This document shows positions 52,791 through 64,000 of a stretch of 64,000 nucleotides of DNA, one piece after another. The position numbers were made by a program, and so were the translations under genes. How positions within the stretch are numbered: position 1 is the first letter of the stretch; every line of letters begins with the position of its first letter. The DNA is from Syncephalis fuscata S228 (taxonomy: Eukaryota > Fungi > Zoopagomycota). The stretch is from contig JAHLTZ010000013.1 in NCBI GenBank assembly GCA_025786725.1, forward strand, positions 372,001-436,000. The letters run 5' to 3'. The notes under the pieces were generated by a model. That model had not been told where the DNA came from, made no database searches, and worked only from the letters and a program-made list of their open reading frames with translations.

Positions 52791-55700
52791 TTACGCTTGT
52801 TTCCTTGAGCCAGTTCAGAGAAAGTGTCCAACAAGTTATTAATATCAAATTCAAGACTCAAACCGGTGTCTGAATAGCATTTTTGTAGCAGATCTGTAAA
52901 TCGTCCATGGTCACGAATAAACTCCTCTTGTATTCCATGCCATACAACTTGTAATAGACCGTCTTCATCAGAAAAGTGTTTGTTGACTCGTTTATAAAGC
53001 GAATCAATAGATCGTTTGACCTATAAATGGCTATTTAATATTATTTATCAATAGACATATTAAACCTACCTCTTTCCATGGATATTGGTTGATAACCTTT
53101 TTCAACTGTGCTTTATTGTAAGAAACGTGGAATCCAATTTCTTGTGGTGTAGTTGTCTTCAATAAAACGTCGACACCGTCAAAGAACTCTAATAGTTTAC
53201 CGATGGCCCTTCGTGCATTCAATTTGATATATGTTGTAAGATGTAAATCATATGATGCCTTGGACATTTTGACAAATGGATCCAATGATGACACTCGACA
53301 TGCTCGTACTTCCAAATTGAAGTGATGCATGTTCTCTAAATTAAATAATAAATAAAAACTGATTAGTAAATATATTATGGATTAGAAATAGAGTACACTT
53401 ACCAATAGTCAATATATGTTTATTTAACTGTTCCTTATCGTCAGCTTCAGCCTCACGGGCCATAGCATCTAGTACAGATAACATCTTTTGTACCAGTTTT
53501 GCATAAGCATCGTCGGTACTTTTTCTCACAGCAGTTGTACAGCCTTCAAGTGCATTCTCCATTCGTTTTACAAAGTTCTAACGTTGAATAAGTCTATGCT
53601 TACTATGAAGCACATTGGATGCCCTCAATTCTTACCGGGAATATACGAATAAATGGAAGAATACCGCTACGTTTCTTGGTCGTCACCTTTGTTTCTTCAA
53701 TGGCTCGTATTTGTTCATCCTAATAGCCATTTAATGTTCATTATATTCATTATTTCATTAATACAGCCGGTTAACTTACAATAAAGTTATCAAATAGATT
53801 AGTTAATCGCTTTTGCATATTAGTTAACATAAGAATAGCATATTGCTGATTGCTATTATCCAGTTGTACAGTTAAATCCTCTACAGTGGCTAATAACGCC
53901 ACCAATGATCTAAATGACACTGATCAGCTCGATAATAATAGTTTATTTAGAGTCTCTTACATGCTACTAATACGTGCAATCTGTTCTATGTCACCCATCA
54001 AGTCAACAAGTAGTCCTTTAAACGTATCATCCATCAATCCCCTATTATTAGTTAGTTAATCAATGATTATAGACTAGACTGTTACATATTATGTATATAT
54101 ACATAAATACTTACATCATTCGTTTCTTTAGTTTGATATCGGTTGTTTGTTCACGTGGACGATCCAATTTACCAACTGTCTTATGTCCACCACGTACCCA
54201 TGGCATGTAGCCATAAGAAGTGCCTAAATGGAACAGATCTGTAACAAAATTCTGTTCTCTAACTACTGCCGATATAATACTTTGGACTGATTTAGCCAAT
54301 GCCTAATTAAACATAGTATTAGGATTAGTATTAGTATTAACACTGCTGGTCTATATTGTCATAGATGTAATCTGTAAACACTTGCCAAGTCATATTTCCG
54401 TAATGAATTTGATGGTGTTGACCCGTGTCCACTCTTAGTAGTACTTGTAAATACTACAACAAATAACAGTATTAGTGACAATGACATAATACTACATCAC
54501 TTACAGTGTTCTGTATCTTCTGTTGGTTGCTTTTTCGGCGTTAATACGCCAAGTCCAAATGCAAGTAATTCTTTTATTTCCTCTTTGTAAGCAACAGCGA
54601 CAGCCTGGGCGTATAGCTATAATAAAGACATATAAATGAGTATACTGTATATTATATTCATTGCAGTGACCTACATCTAATAGCTCATTGTGTCGACGTG
54701 GATCAACTTCTTTAATCCATAGCATAAGGCCACGATAACGTGATAGTGACTCTTCTAAGGTTCGATGTCCATTCAACATAAATGAGGCCACCACACCGGA
54801 TTTGGCATATTCACTGACACATCGATCTGCCTAATTAATTATACATACACATACACACATATATATATATATATATAAGTTTTCAATGTTTTATATAGCT
54901 ATTACACAACTTACTTGAAATGTAAAGGTGATTTTAAGGAAATCCACCATACGCACCACAAAGTTGTTGGCATGTAGATGAAAGTATTCAATACGTTCAT
55001 TTACTACGTACATATCGCGTAGACCTATAGAGTATAGAATATATATATATACGGCGTTGTAATAATTGTTGTTGCATTAGTCGTATATTTGATCCTATAT
55101 GGCTATATGTATGTAACACTTACCCTCGTCAAATTTGTTATTAAGGCGGCGTAATAGTCGTGCCGCTGCTTCCTCAACCTTGACAATGCCTTGATCGGTT
55201 GACATTGATTCTTCACGTAGTGTACTTAATGATTTCTCTGGAATACTAAGTGCTGCCTAATTGATATGAACTAGCATAAGTAATGCTCATATTGATGCTC
55301 TAGTCAATATGCTACTTACCAAAAGCTCATCAACCTCCCTTAACAAAGACTTTTGATTACGCGTTTGTACATGCATCGCTTTATTCTGCGACTGAATAAG
55401 TTGTACATCCTCGCCAATCACCTAGCACCAGATTAATAAATGGCGTTGATTAGTATAAGATGTAGATACACCAATAATTCTATCTGTTACCTTAAGCTGG
55501 CCTTTAAACGTTTCGGACCATGCTTCAATACTGTCAAGTTCACGAATGGCACTTTCCAGCTGAGTAATAACCGCATCTACCTGTCGGTCAGCCTCTAGAA
55601 TAGCACGAACATTTTCCTATATGTTGCCAGATTAGCTATACTGACCGGCCATCCAATCATCCTGATAGTATTAGCGCTTTTAAATAACTTACCGCTTCAG

Positions 55701-55878
55701 AATGTGCAAGGTCGGTGACTAGGCGCACGTCAATGGCCTGTATTTCGCCGAAATCCTTGGAATAGGCTTCAGCATACGATTCAAGAATAGTCAGTTCACT
55801 AAACGCTTCTTCGGTTGCAGCTGCATTTTTCGCTACGGATGCGTCCCTATTATCATCATCTTGGTTCTCTCTCTCCAT
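52791..55878 (-). CDS. SEC3: Exocyst subunit Sec3/EXOC1 (coiled-coil plus C-terminal domains; no N-terminal PH domain seen), multi-exon
   Basis: IGEDVQLIQSQNKAMHVQTRNQKSLL; DMYVVNER; LSRYRGLMLWIKEVDPRRH; EQIRAIEETKVTTKKRSGILPFIRIFP; ENMHHF; KRVNKHFSDEDGLLQVVWHGIQEEF. Confidence 0.9.
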
Positions 55879-56158
55879 CTCTATGGATATTTTAGCTAAC
55901 GGATAGGAAATAGGGAGGATGCAACGATTACGGCGCGATAGCCAGTTGCTAGTCGTCCAGCCGGTAGAGCAAGTAAAAGAAATATATACGATACTTGCTT
56001 TGTTGTTGGCCACAGCACCAGGTGACGCTTTAATCAACCTCTATTCACTCGATTATAATCCACCCAATTCGCATTGGTTCATTGTGTGTACCTGCATAAT
56101 TACCATAATAGTTATTACTATTTCTACAATCGACGAAAAAAAAAGACTAAACTACTTT

Positions 56159-56162
<4 letters not shown>

Positions 56163-56218
<56 letters not shown>
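56163..56218. repeat. (TAT)n microsatellite, ~18 units
   Basis: Near-perfect tattattat... run. Confidence 0.95.
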
Positions 56219-56219
<1 letters not shown>

Positions 56220-57019
56220 TGTCATGGATCAACACTCGGTAGAATTAGTGCATTCTTAGAATAAAGACACACAAATAACCTTATTCACTAGTAACCGTTT
56301 ATTCGTGGTAATGAAACGCCACAAGTTATTGGTTTTATCCGTCAAATTATAACTGCCTTGGCTGTTTCAGCAATAGTAGCTAAACAATACAGCGTTTTCA
56401 AAACGTTCCACGGGCAATGGATTCATCCGTGATTATGTTACAATTAAAAAAAGGTCGTCAAGGCAAAGTATCAAAATGTTAAAGGCCTAGAATTGTCATA
56501 TAGCTATGACTTTTGCATCTGAGTTCATTTTCTCAAGGATGCATCGCTAATACTTTTATTTAGACTTCAATACTACCTTGATGGTCATTACCGCTTCAAG
56601 TTCATGAAATATTTATGCCTTCATATTAAATAAACAAATTTTACGACTAGAATTTCTTGTTTATTGACAGCATTATTGCACCATCGCTAAACGTCTGCTT
56701 ATCAGTTGTTTTTAGCATGGTGACACAATTGGGTCGCAACATCTGTACGTGCTATCTACTTCGTTATCTCATCGTGAACGTCTGTTTTGTATAATTGAGC
56801 TCAATATCAATCCAAACGCATGGTCTTGAAACACTCTGAAAACGACCTATTCTTATCGCTCAACAAATCTGTGCAACGTTACATACATGTTTAAGGCACG
56901 CGGCGCATTATATTTAAATAGAGAAGATTTTTACTTGTGGCTACAAGTTTTAATTTACTACTCACATTTAATTTTTACGAATACATTAATTTTATTTTTT
57001 CACTCAACTAATTATAACT

Positions 57020-59170
57020 ATGGCAATTATACACGAACTATTAGCTACTATTGCAGCTATTCCGTTCAATTGGAGCTATATAGCCATTTTATGTGGATTG
57101 ATATGGCTTGGAAAAGTATGCGATACGTGCCACAGTATTTATTATTTAACCATAACAAACATTAGGTAATTTATAAAGACTTCTTTTCCGATATAAGCAA
57201 AGTACCTGGCCTTCCGTTTCTTACATTCTTTAAAGGATTTCGTATATACAATACGATAACTGGAAATGGCATCCGCTATGAGCATTCCATGCTCAAACGC
57301 TATGGCAAAATTGTCCGTCTAAGTAAGTAGCGAGTACAGCACATGTGCAATATTTTTAAAACACACAGAATTAACCAGAGAAAATTAGGCCCCAACGAAA
57401 TTGGCCTATCTGATCCAGAAGCGATCAAAGCGGTACTAGCCTCGACAAAGTTTCGAAAAACTGACACGTATTCCAATTTTCAATTTCATCGTGACAATAT
57501 TTTCTCAACACAGTAAGTGATACAAGGCTGTTTAGGTATTTTATTTACTAAAGACGATAATTAGAGACGTCGTACTCCACCGTAGACTGGTTAGTCAGCC
57601 GTTGGCTTATAAAATAGATTTAATGCTAATTTCAGTAAATAGAAACGTATGATTGGTCCAGTATTTTCAAACGGTTCCGTTGCTGAAGTAGAACCACTCG
57701 TTCGTGAAGCCGGTATCAAACGTTTAGTTGCTCGAATTGCCGAGTATGCCAATGCCGGTACCAATTTTGATATCATGGAACTATTCCTTTATACCTCCTG
57801 TGTAAGTTTCTCCAAATATTTTTCATATTTATTTTAACGGTTTTTGTAGGATATTATTGGAGAAGTTGCCTTTGGTGGCTCATTTAACACATTGCTATGC
57901 AAACCAGACGAGAAACCACATCCAGTAATTCACTGGATTAACGACATAACTTATTTGGGAATATTGGTATGTACTTTTGTTTGCCACCATTGTTGTTCCT
58001 GTCGCTTATGGTGATATATACAGAAATTTGGCCTTGGGCCACTGTGCCATCCTTTACTATTTTCAAGATATTTTGAATCTGAACGTAAATTGATTGAGGT
58101 AAATTTAAAAACACACCAGTATATCAATTTATTTAAATATACTAATCTATCGAAATAATTAGTTTACACGATCGGCAATTTTAAAGCGTATTCAAGAGAA
58201 TACTGAACAGGATAACAAGCATCAGTTCAAAAATGGCTATGTAAAAGATGTTTTGCAGCGTCTATTGGAATCAAAGGACGATGAGACAGGCAATAAATTT
58301 AATCTTGACGAGATGATTGCCCAATCCATTGCTATGCTGTAAGTTTAAATTTAATATTTAATATTCCGTCTTTACTAACAATACTCAATAGTGTAGGAGG
58401 AACGGATACAACTGCAATAACGCTCACTTGGTAAGTAAAGACTTGAGCTGTCGTAGTTTAATACTAATTTTATCTATAAAGGGGAATGTATATTCTTTGT
58501 CAATATCCTAAAGTTATGCACCAGCTAAAGGAAGAGCTTATGGCAGCCTTTCCCGACTCTAATCAAACGATGCTGTACAATGATGTTAAACAGCTGCCTT
58601 ATCTTAACGCCGTTATTTTGGAAATCTTACGCATGTACACTGTGGCCACTGGCAGCCAACGATTGACTCCGCCAGGCGGTGCAGTTATCTGCGGTATTTA
58701 TATACCAGGCAATGTAAGTATATATGTGTGTGTGTTTGTATGCGTGTGTGTTTATAAAATTCAATTTATTTAATATGCCAATAGTGCGTTATTAGTCCAA
58801 TTTTTGAGGCCGTTCATCAAAATTCGGATATTTACGGTCAAAATCCACAAGAGTTCCGTCCTAGCCGCTGGATAGATGTTGAGCCAAATCAGCTCTTGAA
58901 TATGCGTCAATCCCTTATGGCTTTTTCCATGGGGTCACGCGCGTGTATTGGTCAAAAGTAAGAATATACGTAGCATCATGTTTATATGATCTGATCTTTT
59001 TTAATAGTTTGGCATGGATGGAGATGCGTTTGACATTGGCTCATTTATTCCGTCAGTTTAAATTCACCATTCCTGAGGACGCTAAAACTGATATGACGCC
59101 CATGTCTCTTTTTATTCTAAAGCCATATGAAGAGAAATTATATGTTAAAGCAACAAATAATACCGATTGA
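57020..59170 (+). CDS. Cytochrome P450, multi-exon
   Basis: N-terminal anchor followed by KVPG; YGKIVRL/GPNE; I-helix GGTDTT; ExxR (EILR); PERF-like FRPSRW; heme motif FSMGSRACIG. Confidence 0.93.
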
Positions 59171-59407
59171 GCCATTATAGACTAAGCCAAGCCTATTAAA
59201 CGGCGATTAAATTATATTCTATATTTTTAAAATTGCATGGCGTGGCAATCAACATTTTAGCTATACTTATAATAAAACACTATAAAATAAATAACCATTG
59301 ATGAGCATATATCAAGTTTATTTAATAGTTTGTAAATAAAACTTCTTTTTTCTTTTAGCTGTACAGGATAAGCCTAGAGGTCTTTATTAATGGCATGCTA
59401 TCAATAG

Positions 59408-59714
59408 AGTATAAGATAATATAAAACATTATGAGTAAGTAAAAGTGCCTGAATGTTTATGGTCAAGTTATAGTGCATATAGTGCAATGAGTAGAATGAG
59501 CAAAGTATATTGGGACATATAAGCAACAAAGTGTATCCAATATGTCATAGAATAATATTTAATAGTGTGGGACAGAATAGGAATGATATAGGTAAATGGT
59601 GTATGTATGCATACTGGATAATAAATATACAATAATAAGTATTTGATGATTGATGTCACTCACCACTCATCATCATGTTCAATAGATTGGATGTTATTAA
59701 TATAGCTATTGAAC
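59408..59714 (+). repeat. Dispersed repeat, direct copy of 63048-63374 (one arm of the MITE-like element)
   Basis: Shares GCATACTGGATAAT...TAAGTATTTGATGATTGATGYCACTCACCACYCAYCATCATGYTCAATAGRTTGRATGTTATTAA and ~190 bp of upstream similarity with 63048-63374. Confidence 0.8.
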
Positions 59715-60772
59715 CACCAAATACATTGAACCACCAACAAATTGTTTAACAAACTTGGCATAAATAAATAAAACATCTAATTAAAAAACAATCAATATTG
59801 TTGTTATAATGAATGGTATAAATTTGCAGTATCCAATGTAGCTAATTATAGCATTTTAATATGATAATACAAATTAGATTACAATGTAATTATATACATA
59901 AAAAACTATGAGTAGAATAACCATTACAACTAAAATATATTTAGGCTGCTATATGACAATGGTGTTTTTACAATAATTACAATCTCATTCAATCAACAGC
60001 TTCTAAACTAGTGTTACAATGCGGCGTTGAATTGCCGATTGTTTGGTGTCGCCTTTTCTTTGGCAGTCGGAATGATTCGTAAGCACACTATAGCGCTCTA
60101 ACTGATTATGATGCAGTTGAATCTACACAGCATCAAATACTAGCGCAATGCAGTTTAATAATTTAATGGATTCACTGAATCTGTTATGCTAACTGATTTT
60201 TGACACATTAGATATTAGTGTAAGTCACTGAATAATACTACGTCTGTTTTGATCAAACCATAATACATGTGCATAAATATAAAAATTGCAGTATTTTGTG
60301 CGTGTTTGTAATGCAATAATTGCCAAAATACACATTGATATCATTGCATTAAATTGTGTTATAGTAGTAAAATTTATCAAATTCAAAGATTAAATATTAA
60401 ACAATAATAACTTGATATAACCATTAATTAGCAATGCTTTAGTATTAGCAACATTATTTCCCTGTTTAGTGAATTGACATTAGTGATTTGCATAACTGAG
60501 GCATTGCCGTTTGCCATATTAATTGCAGTCACATCATGTGCAACCATTAGTAAATACTGTCACGCGTACGTTGCCGCCTTTGCGTCTTGTAACCAAACAA
60601 GGTACCCAACTTTTAGTCATGGTGTATTATTTTTGTGTGTTGCTCCCGACTTTTTTCGCCATTGAACCTTTGTAAGGCCGCATGCAATTCTTGCCTGTCG
60701 CTATTGCATTCAATATAAAACAGCACCGCGGAATCAACATACTTCATACATGTGTGTTCCTTTCTCACTCGC

Positions 60773-62269
60773 ATGATTGATATTAAGCATCTTGGCATCA
60801 GTAACAATTGTTTTTTGTTATCGATTGATACAATATCACTATTCATTTGCAATCTACTCGTAACAAAGCCAATCAATATTGTGACAATTGTTTGGCCAAT
60901 CATTTGTACATCAATTTTAAATCCATTATACAGCCCACATTTAACCATTGAATATAGCCATGTTGCAATTAAACGAGTATCACTTTTTTTGCAACGTCAT
61001 ACTTATATACAACGTACGCTTTGGGTACTGTTGGTATGCGCTCTCTACGCTATCGTTGTGATACCCATCTACAAATTTTATTATCAAGAAGGCCTGCGCC
61101 GGCAGGTCCACATTGACCGAGCTCCGCTTTTTGCGGATATGGGAGAGTTGAAACAGCGTGCGGACCAACTGAATATAACAATCAACGAGTTGGTATATAG
61201 CAACGATACATTAATTCCAAAGGCTGAGAATTTCATCGATATTCTACTTCGGGCAACCGGAGCCGATTTTGCCAACAACGTTTTAAAAGTGCGTGCATCA
61301 TTTCTACCTGTGGGGACCTTTGCTCTGGACAACACCACAATAACTCAAGGAGATATTCGTGGTGCTGTAACAAAGGATTTGGAGGATGATATTATAGATC
61401 CAGAAGGTATTACAACGCCATCTGCTTTGGCCACACCTGTAATTGTGACCATTGGTACAACAACAATAAAGTTTCCGGCAAATCAAATAATGTAAGCTAG
61501 TGGCAAACCATACCATAATGATTATAAATGACCATTGACTTGTTATATAGGGAAGCCCGCGATTTACAAATACAATTTCAAAATGGAAATCAAGCAAATT
61601 ATCCACTTGACACGTATCCGGCATATATTTTCATAGAAGTACATCAGGAACAAGGAACCGATCCTATAAAAACATATCCTCCTGTGCCCTTCCAGGCTCA
61701 TTTTGACGGTGCTGTACAATCGCTTCTTTTTCGTGCTTTTATAATTCACGATTCGGTTACTAAAATGTCTTTCTACATTCGGACTCGGCGCACCATAACA
61801 ACAGTGCTATTTTCTGCATTCATCAGCATGCTAATGTGGTTTCTTACCTTGGCACTTGGCAGTCTATGGATGCAGCTTGTCGTACGTGGTCATGAAATTG
61901 CTCCAGCACACATGTCAATAGGTGTAGCCCTTTTATTTGCGCTACCTAGTTTGCGTAATGCTCAACCGGCCATTCCGCCAGTCGGTGTAGCCAGTGATAT
62001 GTTTGGATATATTTGGTAGGTTAATGAATGCCAATGTATCGCTATTTTTTGTATTAATTTAAAAATATGTAACCTATTATAGGAATATTACATTGATAAC
62101 GATATTCTCGGTCAGCATTATCATTACATATACGCTTCGATGGTCATTTCCCAAGAAAAAACCAGATTCAATACAAATTGTAGTGTCAGAACCAGCCACA
62201 TCAGCACAATTCACACCAGTTGTGTTACCAAGCGATAATAAACACCCGCATACATTGCCTGCAATGTGA
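60773..62269 (+). CDS. DUF4436-type membrane protein (N-terminal TM, extracellular beta domain, three C-terminal TMs); start uncertain
   Basis: TM LWVLLVCALYAIVVIPIY; GNQANYPLDTY; IRTRRT followed by TM FSAFISMLMWFLTL; IGVALLFALPSLRNAQPAIPPVGVASDMFGYIWN, the typical DUF4436 C-terminal motif. Introns at ~61492-61550 and ~62016-62082. Confidence 0.75.
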
Positions 62270-62511
62270 TCTATACTCAAATAAAACTTATTATCATAAG
62301 ATTGGTATTAGCCTGGAATGTGTTATATATTGTTTATTATAAAACAATTATAATGTAATTTGTAACCAATTAAACATAATGACAAAGTATAGAAACATTA
62401 AGTGTATTGTTAATGTTATTAACCATAATACGATGCAAGTATTAATGTTTATAATAATTTATAATTATTTATTTATGCCAGGTTTATTAAATAATTTATT
62501 AAATAATTTAA

Positions 62512-63386
62512 TGTGACTTGATGGCCAAATGACCACAATTAATAATATTCAATCTACTGAACATGATGATGGGTGGTAAGCGACATCAATCATCAAATAT
62601 TCATCATTGTAGATTCATTATCCAATATGCATATATCATCACAGTATGTGTTATTACTATATATACCCGTCATTTTGTTTGAGTAGCATTAAAATCATAA
62701 CTAATTGCCATGATCTAGTTTATTTATAAATAATCTTAATAAAACATAACCCGTTCATATCCATATTATCTGTTTTACCAATATAACTCAGTGAACAAAC
62801 TAGGTATGATATGTCAATTTTTATTAATAAAAGAGTTGGAACCAAATAGACAACGGCTATAGACAGCGCATAGCCAATATAAAATAAAATAATAAGCATT
62901 ATAATGGATATGCAATATTGAACGAGATTAGCTATGTCAAAGTTATTGGGCATATATGCATGCTCAAGCTGATTGACATTAGTTGAGATTTGTTCATAAT
63001 AGTGCTAGAACAAAAATAAAAAAGTTTTGGGTAGAACAAGGGTAGGCGAGTATAGAATAGTATATAAAATGATAAATGTACGGTGAGGAAACATATAAAA
63101 CGATGTTGAAGTTATAGCGCATATAGCATAATGAGGGGAATGAGTAGAGTGTGTTGAACATATAAACAATAGAATGTGTCTAGTATATCATAGAATGATG
63201 TATATTAGTGTGGAATAGAATAGAAATGATACATATGGATATAGGATATATGTGTACTGAATATATGCATACTGGATAATGAATCTATGATGATAAGTAT
63301 TTGATGATTGATGCCACTCACCACCCACCATCATGCTCAATAGGTTGAATGTTATTAAATGTAGTCATTTGACCATTAAATCACAC
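62512..63386. mobile_element. MITE/foldback-like non-coding element with ~120-bp terminal inverted repeats
   Basis: The reverse complement of 62523-62636 aligns ungapped with 63261-63374 at high identity by eye. No credible ORF inside. Confidence 0.65.
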
Positions 63387-63744
63387 TGTGATATGCTGAT
63401 TTGTCTATTTAATAAAACTTACCACTTGTCTCTATGTTCAATAGATTAAATATTTAGTTCAATTGCGCAAATATTATTAAGAATAGTCATTTGACCCCCA
63501 AATTATAATTATATTGCCAATACATTGTTAATAAAAGACAAATCGTTTTAATTATTGCTGATTTAATTACATTGAATAGACTATACCAAATGTAACTTAA
63601 TTTGAATATATTCTTAAAGAATTATAATAGTATACAACATATTTTATTAAAAGCAAGTACAAATAAAGTGAGAATAGAACTAATTAAAGCGAAGTGACTA
63701 TTTGTTTGTTAGTATTTGGATATAGATATTAAATGATACTTACT

Positions 63745-64000
63745 TTTTTGGGCGCGTTTAGTTTTCTTCTTTTCTTCAAATGATTCAAAAGAGCGTAAGC
63801 GTTTTACGCCTTTTGGAATCAATAAGGCAACATTAAACGTTGCCGAGACCGCAGCCGATACATTTGCAGCCAACTTGTTAGATGGTGATGCTGCAACTGG
63901 ATGGCTGGATGTTGATACTACAGCTGACTGACTGTATGTCGTTAGTGCTATAGTTGGGATGGTGGATTTGAAGCTGTAGGAGTAGCAACAGCATCAGCAG
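63745..64000 (-). CDS. 3' part of an unidentified gene running off the window (Lys/Arg-rich end)
   Basis: Open frame ...ALLIPKGVKRLRSFESFEEKKKTKRAQK followed by GTAAGT; GC rises relative to the flank. Confidence 0.35.

Noticed and set aside
56074-56259. Poly-Ile ORF
   Set aside because: Translation of the TAT microsatellite.
38892-59170. Secondary-metabolite cluster (methyltransferases, P450, MFS)
   Set aside because: No backbone synthase is present, and the genes are separated by housekeeping genes (sirtuin, WD40, SEC3).

Overview
Gene-dense, AT-rich eukaryotic DNA with many short spliceosomal introns (GT/GC-AG, CTAAY-type branch points). Gene content and style suggest an early-diverging 'zygomycete' fungus, possibly a Zoopagomycota such as Syncephalis; this is inference, not established. 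About 22 genes could be reconstructed by hand. Housekeeping genes: DLT1-like, SPO73/Mug65 dysferlin-domain, SDT1-like HAD nucleotidase, FWD-1/beta-TrCP-like F-box/WD40, DSC2, UNC93-like MFS, SIRT4-like sirtuin, RBBP4-like WD40, SEC3, a P450 and a secreted subtilisin. Lineage-specific tandem arrays: three intronless F-box-like genes (one a true pseudogene), four paralogous orphan 7TM receptor-like genes, and two LaeA-like methyltransferases with N-myristoylation motifs. Most interesting: (i) a DUF4436-type membrane protein whose motifs line up with Cys-less (Pro-loop) pentameric ligand-gated ion channels; (ii) the 7TM array directly followed by predicted membrane-anchored methyltransferases rich in PKA-type sites; (iii) a stand-alone XMAP215/ch-TOG C-terminal-domain gene and a PH-less Sec3; (iv) a MITE-like inverted-repeat family. 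Several apparent frameshifts are single-base losses in homopolymers and are probably long-read consensus errors. No rRNA, tRNA or CRISPR was recognised.
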